Positions 10,301-20,221 of a DNA stretch of 24,867 nucleotides are shown one piece after another. The stretch's first letter is position 1. Each line of letters opens with the position of its first letter. The notes under the pieces were generated by a model. That model saw only the letters and a program-made list of their open reading frames with translations. It was not told where the DNA came from and ran no database searches. Origin of the DNA: Peribolospora baueri (taxonomy: Eukaryota); contig JAMDHS010000013.1 in assembly GCA_029717555.1 (NCBI GenBank), forward strand, positions 310,001-334,867, written 5' to 3'. The translations under genes were made by a program, and so were the position numbers.

Positions 10301-11555
10301 GCGAGGCAAACGTGATCAATACCGGACTAAAGGCCTGTTGAGAACAACAGGCCGGTGTCACATCAACCAATATGCAAAGCTCACCATGAGAACGAACAGC
10401 AAATCCTCAATGAGCAACGCCTCCTGCAGTTCGACGTCTAATCCCAGCAAGTCAGGCCTGCCTGGCAACGGCGACGTCGCAGTTGATGAGGGCCTAGTAG
10501 TATGCTCAGACGATACCAGGGTGTCCAGACTGATTCGGCCTTCGCTGGTTGGCGCAGCCGCCGCGGTCGCTCCTTTCTGGCCGAGTGTCTCCTCGCTGGT
10601 TCGGCCGAGGCGGTGTTTCCGGTGGGGAGAGGCCGGCGGGACGCGGCGGTTGAGGGGTGCACGAACGAAGGATGCTTCGCCGTAGAAAGAGCCGTCCGGG
10701 GCGCCTGCAGGTGGGCACCATGAGTGATGGTGGTTTGTAAGGAATGGCCATCATCGGTGAGCAGCGACGTCGTCTCTCCGAAGATGTGAGCCCATGCCGG
10801 CCAGTCAGGCCGTGCTATAGCACTCACCCTGTCCAGTCTTAAACTTGAAAGCCCTGTCTCCAAGCCCAGCTGCGAGCTCGGGTAAGGCGTCCTCCTCTTC
10901 ATCGTCCTCGTCCTCGTCCTCATCATCCTCGTCCTCCGACCTGGCCGCAGACCGGAGGTTCATGTCGGTCCCGGCCGCGGCTCCAGCATCGGCAGCTCGT
11001 TGAAGAGCGCTCGTCTTGTATCGGGCCGTCCGGACGGACCGGATGGTTTCAGTGTACTGGAAGATGATGGACATGAAGGCGCATGAGTGAAATAGGGCCT
11101 CCAATCCCAAATTTTACCCGTACACGTACTCCCTCACAGACATCGTTTTCTCTTCGCAGAAGACTCACCTTGGCCACTCTCTTGGCCGATAGCGCCGTGA
11201 CCCTTCCAGACTTGCCCAATGCGCTCCGCCTTGGCGTAAACGGAGGGGCTCTCGTAGCCTGGCCAATGTCACCTCGCAGACCGCTCGAGCTATTTCGACC
11301 TGACGCAGATCCAGAGCCATACGCCGAATCCGGTCTCCGCTCTCGCTCTCCTACATTGCGTGCGCTCCCGCTCCCAATGGTGCTCGCACTGCTGGGGCGA
11401 GAGAGCAGCCGCGAGAAGACACCAGAGTCGTAGGAAGTCGCCCCACCCCGGCTATTCCGTTCTCGTTCCCGTTCTCCGTCGCGATCGCGAGTGCGGTCTC
11501 GCGTGCTGATGACGGAGTCGAGCCTCGACGAGTCGGCAGTGGAGGGTCGGCTCAT
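7356..11555 (-). CDS. alp4: Gamma-tubulin complex component GCP2 (Spc97/Alp4/TUBGCP2), ~1064 aa. Exons 11555-11169, 11056-10828, 10704-10385, 10283-10184, 10108-9963, 9874-9531, 9449-8964, 8887-8445, 8358-7943, 7836-7612, 7454-7356
   Basis: GCP2 hallmarks: QEALLIEDLLFVLM|GIEGQYI, YGTVNHALCAAIR, LQKFWFY, ASQPYAHMLVRWIDSGILHDTYGEF, YWDRRYTL, KILLAGKYLNVLRECG, RSLKRYFFLDQGDFF, FPLSLVISRK, EVIEPNW, FLNTCLKECMLT. Ten GT-AG introns give one continuous frame. Confidence 0.93.
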
Positions 11556-11734
11556 GCTCTGCGGAATGGACGGAGGTGAGGCGCTCGGAGCAGAACGCCG
11601 AACGACGTGGGACGAGGTGTGCTTGCGATGGTCGAAGTGTACCTGACGTTTGTCGTCCGTCCGCGTTCACGCGTCGCATCACGCTAAACGACCCAGGTAG
11701 ACTGCGGCTACAGGCACGTGATGATTTCGTTGCC

Positions 11735-13308
11735 ATGGCCTTCGCACAAGTCCTCGCCGCAGTCGCGAAGGATGGGCCGGCCTCCGACGACTTCTCGTAC
11801 CCGACGCCCCGTTTCACAAGACGAAAAAGGGACGACATGACGCTCACAAGGACGCCAGTAGCGGCCGCGCTGACCGCCGCGCGGCTCGACTTCTCCGCTT
11901 CCCGTTCCGCTCTCCGGTTCTCGGGCGAGCGAGGCTGGGCGTTTAGGCGCGCGTGTTCTGCGTCACTCGTTGACGCTTCTCGAGACTTGCACGTCGCGAC
12001 TTTTCGACCAAGCGCTCCTGGTGAGTCGCTTTGCAAACAAAAATGCAGGGGCATGGACAACTCCAGGATAGCGAGCTGACAGCTGTTTGCTTTCTTCGTC
12101 ACGACTGGCATGTCCCATTAAGCCCTGAAAAAGCGCAAGGGCACGGCGAAGGAGGCGAGCGAGCTTTTACCGGAAGACGAGGAGGATGAGGGTGATCTTT
12201 TCGGAGTAGTAGAGGAACATTCCGGCGCGGAGGATGTCGTCACCTCTTCCGTCGCTTCCGCTACTACCCCAGCATCGGCCTCCGCCGTTGCTGCCGACTC
12301 ATCTCTTGCCTACCAACGCGAACGCTTCGACAGTCTTTTCGCCTATCTCCGGTCGCGTCTGGAACTGGAAGGCGGGCCTGTCTCCCATGGCAAACTTCCT
12401 AAGAAGAGCACGATTTTACGCCTGGCCTTTGTGGCCACCACGAGGGAGGACGCGGAGAGGCTCTTGGAGGCGGTGAGGATGTGGAGGGATAAGAGGTTAG
12501 GGGAGGTCTTCGAAGCCGACCATCTTCGTGAGTGTTGTCTGAGCATTCTTGCACGCGAACTGTTGGAGACGCTTTGGAAGGATATCCAACGACTTGGCTA
12601 AGCGACGGACAACGTCTCGTTTTTCTTCTCCACTCGCCACGCAACTAAATGACGCTCTCTACGTCTCCTCCATCTCCCCCTCGACCCACAGTTTCACGCC
12701 TTGCCAACATAAACCAGCCCTCTCTCGCTCTCCGTGCCCTCGCCAACCGACCTAGCTACGGCCTCGATCCATCACTGGAGTCGTACCGCACGGTGATGCA
12801 CGGCTTCGAACGGCAGGCTATTGCGCGCGCGCGCAAAGAGTCTGCTGCGGGCAGCCTTGCAGCTGCAGAAGAGACCATGCTCTCTGAAAACGTGGAGGAG
12901 GTCACTCCCGGGGATGTGGAAGAAGGGAAGGAGTCTGAAGGAACAGACGGAGAAGGAGAGAAGGCGAAGACTCCCGAGGTGGAACTTTTGGATGACGCCT
13001 CTCTCGCCGCTGCGCTCTTCCCTCACTTCCTCCCCTCCTCCTCTCCCGACCCCGTCGTTCTATCTTCCCTCCTCGCCGTCTGCGCTTCTGTTCGGGGGGA
13101 GGAAGCAACGAGGCGGGCTAAAGCCGCGGCTGCCCAGTTGGTGGCCGTGCTGAAGGACAGCCAGCGGGACTGGAAGGCGAGCCTGACCAACAGAGACAAG
13201 AAATGGATGAGGCAATCGCTGGAGCGAGGCGCCGATTTGATCGCGGAAGCGGGAGAGCCAGCCATAGCAGCGGATTTCAAGGCTGCGGCCCAGGACCTTG
13301 CGCGTTGA
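11735..13308 (+). CDS. Uncharacterised, probably mitochondrial alpha-helical protein (401-435 aa). Exons 11735 (or 11837)-12020, 12123-12527, 12692-13308
   Basis: GTGAGT donors at 12021 and 12528, branch-like GCTGAC at ~12075, and acceptors at 12122 and 12691 join three open segments in phase. The N-terminus from ATG 11837 is R/A/S-rich. The core is helical-looking (RERFDSLFAYLRSRL, DAERLLEAVRMWRD, SRLANINQPSLALRALANRPSYGLD). No named domain was recognised. Confidence 0.72.
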
Positions 13309-13366
13309 CGTCCGGAACGGGTAGTAATGGAATCATATTCGAGTTCGATGTGATGCGATACGACGT

Positions 13367-13368
<2 letters not shown>

Positions 13369-13397
<29 letters not shown>
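13369..13397 (+). repeat. Poly(G) homopolymer, 29 nt
   Basis: Direct count of the G run in the spacer between convergent stops at 13308 and 13634. Confidence 0.95.
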
Positions 13398-13399
<2 letters not shown>

Positions 13400-13633
13400 G
13401 TTGTGCTCGTATGGCGTTTGCGTAAGGGCGGTTTAAGGTACAATTTGGCATTGTATTGCTTGTCGGGACCCGCTTAGCGAGAAAAGCAAAAAAGAAAAGG
13501 CCGTCTCCTGGCCGCCCGTTTCGCCGCTCGCCCATCTACAGAAACTCATCCTACGGTTCGGCTCGCCCTGCCGCCGGGAGCGGACTCAGTCCGGCTGGTT
13601 GGAATCGACCGACGGACCCACCACCATATGGCC

Positions 13634-16600
13634 TCATCGCCAGCCGATACCCCTATGCTTTCCCTCCATCTCCACCTCGTCCAGCATTCTCCCCGCCTGC
13701 ACGCCCACCATCCCGCCTTGGTCTCCGAACCCTCGTTCCAGCTCGCGCTTCGCCTCGCGGAGCATCTCTCGCGCCAGCCGGAGCCTCTCGGTGCTGCCGA
13801 CGGGCGGCAGAGAGGGCGCGTTGGGAAAGCTGAGCGCGCTCGACTTTTCGTCGTCATCATCGTCCCGCGCTCGTTGCGCTCGACGACCCGAGTCGTCTCC
13901 GCTCGCGCCGGAGACGTCGAATTCGACGAGCAAGAGTTTGGCCAACGTGGCCATCTGGACGCCTCTAGCGGGGTGTCCCTCGGGAAAGACGGGGCCGTCG
14001 ACGGCCGCTTGCGCTTCGCGTCGCGTGTGCTCGGCCGCGCTCGCTGTCATGCCTTGCAACGCCAACGTCCCCGCTTGAGCGGCGAGGTCGAAGAGCTCCT
14101 GGGCGTACTTCTGCGCTCTGCGAACCTCTGCCGTGATGCTCTCGCCTGGCGGGGGCAGGGAGGGGTCGAAATAGGCGCCGGCGCCGGTGCCAGGCGGCGG
14201 AGGGGGCAAGGAAGCGGAGGCGAGGGAGATGAGGACGGTCTGAGCGAGGCGAAGGAGTGGGAGAAGAGGGTAGGAGGAGGGGGAGAGGAGGGGAAGGAGG
14301 GCGAGAAGAGACGGCTGCAAAATACTGTACGCGCGCTCGTATTCTAAATTGCCGGTCACGAACGGCGGAAAAGGAGAGGAGAGAAAAAGGATTCAGCACG
14401 ACGACGGACGGGCCGCTGAGCTGGACCGCTGGATGTCCACCGGCTCACCTTCACGCGCGACGGCAGCCTCCGCATCTGAGAGGGCCCGAACGCCTCCATC
14501 GACGGCTCGTCGTAGGGCAGGGACGTCCGTGGAGAAGCTGGCCCCACAACGCGCGCAAGATCGAGGAATGGTCGCGTCTATGGACAAATCTGTCCATGTG
14601 CAGCATGGATGACGAAAAAAGAACAAAAAAACAAAAAACAAAAAAAACGCGAGGATGGATGGGATGCGCAGCCGAAACGTCAGCGGATGGACGATATGAG
14701 GATGAAGAATGCATTAAACAAGGTCAGCGTCGAGCTGCGGGACGAGTTGCGACTCACCGGGCATCTTGGCCCATCCTCCGCATCCCTGAGGACACCGAAA
14801 CGTCTCCCTAGGGTCGATCCAATCCTGGCCCAACATGAAAACGGAGCGAGAGCCGCCGACGTCGCGGCTCAACGAGGCCGAGCCGGTGCCGTCTCCTCCT
14901 CTCGGCGTAGGTTCGTTCGGCGCAGGTTCGTTCGAGGCTACCAGTCGCGCTGTCCGCACACCGCTTGGGGAGGAGGGTGCGCCAGCAGCAGACGGTCGAG
15001 AAGGAGACGGAGCCATCGCCGTCGCCGTCGCCGCAGGCCGCTCTCTTAAGAGAGCGCTCGCGGAAGGAAGGAAGGCTCGACTGGCGGCGCAGAGGGTGCA
15101 ATCGCAGACGAAGAAGTAGCGGTCTTGGAGGGCTTTGTGACGGAAGGGGTAAGGGTCGGAGAGATCTAGGTAAGAGGTGAGGATCTGGGACGAAGGACGA
15201 GAGATGCGGGGAGGAAGGAGACGAAGACGGACGTCAGGGCGCGGCACATCGGCATTAGAAAGAAGTGAACACGCACCTCCTCTCCAACCTGGACGTCCCT
15301 GATAGCGATGACGGCCATCTGCCCCGCCACGCTCCCCCCTGGCCGGGCACCGAGCCAGGGGAAGACGACGACGGCGTTGGGGAGACAGGAGTGGTTGAAG
15401 AGCGCGGCCGTCGAGCTCATTGCGACGCCGATGGGCGAAAGATCGGGCGCGGATAGGGTGAAGGTGTTGGTTTGGAACTGAGTGGAGGATGGGAGAGAGG
15501 AGGTGAGCGGCAAGGCTTGACTGTCAAGACCCTGCGACCGACCGGCGACTCACCCTCGAACACATATCCAACACCTCTGCGGCGCTATCGAAGCCAAAGT
15601 CTGCGAACGAGCGGCTAGAGCCATGTTGGCCGCCGTCAAGGACGCCGAGGAAATCGGCGAGCCGCATGCTGAGGTTGCCTAACGGTTCTTTCTGCGTAGC
15701 CGTGAGGGAGGCGCGATCTGAAGGAAGGGAGAGGAGGAAGAGATGGGCTTCAGGGTGAGTGAAGCGGTGACGCACAACGAACGACGTCTGCTCACGGGAT
15801 TGCATGCGCTCCATGTCTCGCCACTGCTCGGGCATAAAGAGAAGGAACGGCACGGCAGGGCGTCAATGGGCCTCTCCGTGTCCCTCCCACGGTCGTCCAA
15901 GCGACGGGCGCACTCACGGCCTCCATTTCGACCCTCCCCTCACCGTCCACGACTCTTCCCGTGCTCGTCCTCCTTCCCCACACGACCCTAGCCAAAGCCC
16001 GAACGGCGTCTCCAGGGTCTCCTTTCCTCCTGAGCGCCTCGCACTCGTGTTTGTGGCGAGGCCAATCTCGCTTCTGGCATTTGGGACCGCAATAGTGGAC
16101 GAGCTTGCACGCTGCGCAGCGGAGGAGGGTCGTCGGTAGGGGAGGGAGGGCGGAGACGGAGGAGCTGGGGGACGGGGCCGGGGAGGGTTCAGTGGACGAA
16201 GGCTCGGAGAAGCAGTGGGAGCAGCGGAGGGGTAGGGCGGAGGAGGAGAGGACGGAGAGGGAAGGCGTGAGGCGGAGGAGGCCGGTGCCTGTCGAGAGAA
16301 AGGATAAAAGAGAGGGCGATGAGCGGGAAGAGAGTGAGTTGGAAGAGCGGGTAGAGAAAAAGAGCACGAAAGCAGCCCACCGGGTGTGAGCGCTTTGCCA
16401 TCCCTGGGCTCCCAGAACACGCCTCTGCCCTTGCCGTCGACGTGGCGAACGACGAGGGAATGGTTCTCCTCCAACACCTCTCCTGTGCTCGCTTCCCTGA
16501 TTCGTCGGGATGCGGACGAGTCGGTGACGGCGGTCACCGGCGTCGGAGCGGTGAGCTCGCCTTGATCGACGTCCATGCCGACGACGAGCGCTGCGTTCGA

Positions 16601-17005
16601 CTGGCTCTGACTCTCGTCTACGCTCATCGCCGGCGGCGGAGGGAGAGGGCGCTCCAACGCAGGCCTCTCCAGGCCATCCTCGTCGCCTCCCCCTCCGACG
16701 AGCGCACCGCCGCCGCCGCTCTCGTCGGCGGCCTCTTGCTCCCTCCGCTCTCTCCTCCTCGCTTCCACCTCTTCCCGCATGAGCTTGGCGGCGGCTGCGA
16801 GTCGGGTGGCCGACGCGGCGTCCGGCGGTTGACCAGGTTCGGGCTGCTGCAGGACCTGAGCTTGGACCTGATGCGGCGGCAGAGGCGTCGAAAAGCCGAT
16901 GACGGCCGCCCCCGCCCCCGCCCCCGTCGCCGTCCCCGTGCGGTGCCGGCGGTCTTGCTGTTGCTCGCGCGAAGCTCGGTCGGCCTTGAGCTTTGCGAAG
17001 GACAT
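13634..17005 (-). CDS. SMYD-family (split SET + MYND zinc finger) lysine methyltransferase, ~888 aa. Exons 17005-16381, 16288-15918, 15823-15796, 15717-15554, 15477-15277, 15184-14758, 14589-14449, 14343-13634
   Basis: SET-N GKGRGVF; MYND RCSHCF...RCAACKLVHYCGPKCQKRDWPRHKHEC; SET-C FQTNTFTL, AALFNHSCLPNA, GEE|ILTSYLD; post-SET YFFVCDCTLC; C-terminal GHPARGVQMATLAKLL. Seven phase-consistent GT-AG introns, including around a 28-nt micro-exon. Confidence 0.92.
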
Positions 17006-17363
17006 GGGTGCGCGCGCGTGGTGGACGCGGAGCGGGGCGGACGAAGGAGATGGGCGAAGGGAGTGTGCGAATGAGAGTGAAGGAAGGAGAAGAACGAGAG
17101 CGGCGGGGTCGAAACGGCTAGCAAGCTAGCCAGCGATCTGGCTGGCTTCGCCGGGGTTGGGTTCATAAATTTCTCGATCACTCGCACCTCACGTGGTGCG
17201 TCACGGACCGATATCGACGTTTCATAGCGCGACGGAAGGAAGTTGTTCGCAGTTGGCAGGCTTAATGAAGCGATTGTGACCAAGAGAACAAGGTATCGAC
17301 CGGCTTTCACGCAATTTGATTCCACCACCGAAACCAGGGAGAGCGAGAGAGCGAGTGGCGCTC

Positions 17364-17371
17364 CTTATATA
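17364..17371 (-). promoter_or_regulatory. Candidate TATA box (TATATAAG) upstream of the SMYD gene
   Basis: It matches TATAWAWR on the minus strand in a GC-rich context, ~360 nt upstream of ATG 17005, and is followed by a CT-rich stretch. Confidence 0.4.
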
Positions 17372-17670
17372 GAGCGCATCTGATCCTCATCCTTTTCCTT
17401 CCCATTGTTCCCACGCTCATGCACGTGCATACCGCTGCGGCAACAAGCAAGGGTGGCTTATTTAACGGTCCCTTTCTTCTAACGTAAGTGCGTTCGTTTG
17501 CGTGACAGGGCCGCCTTTTTCATCGACTGCAAAGGAAAGAGAGAGGGAGGGCGTTTTGACGGACGTCTCTCAGGACGACGGACGAGTTGCCCGTGGTCGA
17601 GGTACTAGGCATTGCGGCGTCCGGACCGGAGTTCGTTTAGTTGGGACTCGGCTCGCTGATCGTCTCATCG

Positions 17671-17701
<31 letters not shown>

Positions 17702-17702
17702 T
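17671..17702 (+). repeat. Compound microsatellite (CT)7(GT)9
   Basis: Read directly from the sequence. Confidence 0.95.
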
Positions 17703-18036
17703 CTTGACAAAGCATTCCAGGAAGCCTTCAAAGTCGGAGGAAAGGGCACATTGATCGTGGGCGCGCCCAGTTCGGGCCAGCCCGGCTGCCGTATCTCGCG
17801 CGATGGAAAAGACGACGACGATGACAACGATGACAACGATGACGAGACGAGACGATGACGATGCCGAGAGAGTCTTCTCGCGCGCTCATGCTTCATTTCC
17901 ATTCGCCACTCGTCGGGAATAGGCTCCCCTCGAGGGGGCGAGGAAGGAAGAAAAGGAAGGGATCGAGAGCATCTTTCGTTCTCGCGGGTGGATCGACAGT
18001 GATGTGGCTATCCTATCCAAAACCACTTATCTGTCC

Positions 18037-18055
18037 ATCTATCTATCTATCTATC
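18037..18055 (+). repeat. Tetranucleotide microsatellite (ATCT)~4.75
   Basis: Read directly from the sequence. Confidence 0.85.
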
Positions 18056-18400
18056 ATTCCGAAGACGGATGGTCGTGTATGCAAGGCAGCGGGGGGGAAA
18101 ACACACACAAGCTCAGTCGAGTCGAGTCGGCCTTGCGGTCGACATCGTGGGAGCGAACCAGACGTGCCGGGCCGTCGCCAGCGGAGCGAACGCCGCTCGG
18201 AACCGGATCTCTGCTCGCCTCGCTTTTTTCCTTTTCCTTCATCTCTCGCCTCGCCTCGCTTCGCCCGCGACGGCTCACTGCACTGCACTGCTACCTCGCT
18301 TGGGACGTTGGAAGACGGGCGCGGGCGCGGGGTGGATGGGATTGATGGGATGCGATAGCGATCCGATGGCGCGTCGGCTCGGAGAGAACCGGAGGGCGCT

Positions 18401-18421
18401 GGATGGGATGGGATGGGATGG
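18401..18421 (+). repeat. Pentanucleotide microsatellite (GGATG)4
   Basis: Read directly from the sequence. Confidence 0.85.
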
Positions 18422-20221
18422 CTTGGCGGACGAGGACGAGGAGTGGACACGGGGCGGGGGTACCTGTCAAAGAGGAGTGTCAATCAGTCGATCTGCCTGT
18501 CTGGTCTGCGTTTGCTTGCAAGAAAACAGATCGGAGGTGGAAGCGGATCAGTCTGTCAAACGGCGAGGCAGGTAAGCGACGGCGGCGAGGGACACGTGCG
18601 CAGGTCAATAAAGGAGATGAAGAGCGATAGGGAGCGTCCGGGCGACTAGCACGGTTGCTGACGGGCGACTCGATGGCGGTGACCATCAGCACGTGGACGG
18701 GACGAGGTGGGCGAGATGAGATACGTGGTGTCGCATCGTATGTCCAGTGCTGGCAGTCGGCAAGCACGGGTGGCCCGTGCCCACGCGAACGAACGCGTGG
18801 ACGGGGCCCGATCAATGGATCCCGAATCTCGCCGAGTGCGCAGCCGGGTCGAGGCTAGAGGCTGTGTGGAAGGGAAGGGTGTTTCGCGGCGGTCGACGTG
18901 GACGAAGAAAGAAAACAAATGGAGATGGACGAATGCGGGCCGGTTATCAGCGCGATCAGGGTTCCGTCGTTGCTGATCAGCGGGCCAGCCAGCCAGCCGG
19001 GTCCGTCTCCGTCGCCGTCCTCCCTTTCCACCTGAGCGACTTTTGCGGGGTCGATGGATGAGCAAACGGGCGCAAAAGGCGTTTTTGTTTCTTTGCATCG
19101 CATTCTAGTCGACCGCCGCCGATCTATGTCAACTAATCGGGTCGAGTCGGGCCCACTTGGGACGGGCTAGCGTCGGCAAGGGCGGGTGGCGTCGCGGTGG
19201 GGATGGAGGCAAGCAAGGTTTGGCGAGCTAGACGACGGATGACGGTGGTTGGCGTGTCTTTCTGTTGTTGTATGTGGTCGAGCATGACAAGACAACAACA
19301 ATATAACATTGGATTGCCGATCTGGTATGATTCCCCTGCGCATGAGGACGAGTGTCTATCCCTCTTATGCCGCTGCCGACCACGCCCTCCGACCGGTCCG
19401 CCGTCCGACCCGCCTCGACCCGACGGCCACCCGTGGCTGAGGAAAAAGAAAAAAAAACTTTTTCCGGTCGAAGGGAAAGATAAGGAAGCGTTTTCAGGTC
19501 CAGTCGGGGGTGCGAGAGAAGAGCAAAGAGAAGGCTGAGAGAAAGAAGACGAACGAAAGTAAAGAAAGAAAGAAAGACAAAAAAAGAGACAGCGACGAAC
19601 GCCGGATGACGACCTTCCGGGCAGGAATCTCATCTCCCTTATCGGTTGCCGCCGTCCATCATCATCCATCATCGTCCATCGTCCATCATCCTTCGTCCGT
19701 TGTCGTCGTCGCCGTCGTCGTACATCGTCGTCCTCATCCATCCTCGTCGACCTCGCTCGCCATCCTTCCTCCGACATCCCTCCGCCTTCCCTCCGACGAC
19801 CACCGGCCCCCTTCTCCCACCCCTCCTCGCTCGCACGCCATACCCCCCGCCCCGGCTCTTCCGTCCCCCTTCCCTTCTTTTTCCGTTTGCATCCTTCCCG
19901 ATCCTCTCCGGTAAGCACCCAGCCATCTCTGCACCCACAGATACCCACAGATACGCATTGCATCTCAGCACCACTCCGCCCGCTCGCTTGCTTACCTCCC
20001 CCTCCTTCGTCCCCTCCAGCCTTCCTTCTTTCTCGTCCGCGGCCCGCGTCTGCCGTCATCCAAGTCACTCGCCTTTTCCCTCCCTCCTTCCTTCTCTGGC
20101 CTTATTTCCTTCCCTCTATCTGGCCAGCCTCCCACCCTTCGCCACTCGTTCGTTCGTCGAGTGGACGCACGTTCGTCATCCGCCGTATAACAACACCACC
20201 ACCATCCTCACCTGGCTCGCC

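Noticed and set aside
14615..14648. A-rich run suggesting a retroelement poly(A) tail
   Set aside because: It is the T-rich tract of a SMYD intron on the minus strand; no target-site duplication or element body was seen.
17105..17245. Fragments resembling SRP RNA helix 8 (GGTCGAAACGG, CGGAAGGAAG) or an Sm site
   Set aside because: Partial matches only; the required flanking pairing and the other snRNA/SRP motifs were not found.
19646..20221. 192-codon in-frame extension upstream of the large ORF, from a TTG start
   Set aside because: C/T-rich leader sequence is naturally depleted of stop codons, and the translation is not protein-like. ATG 20222 is preferred.
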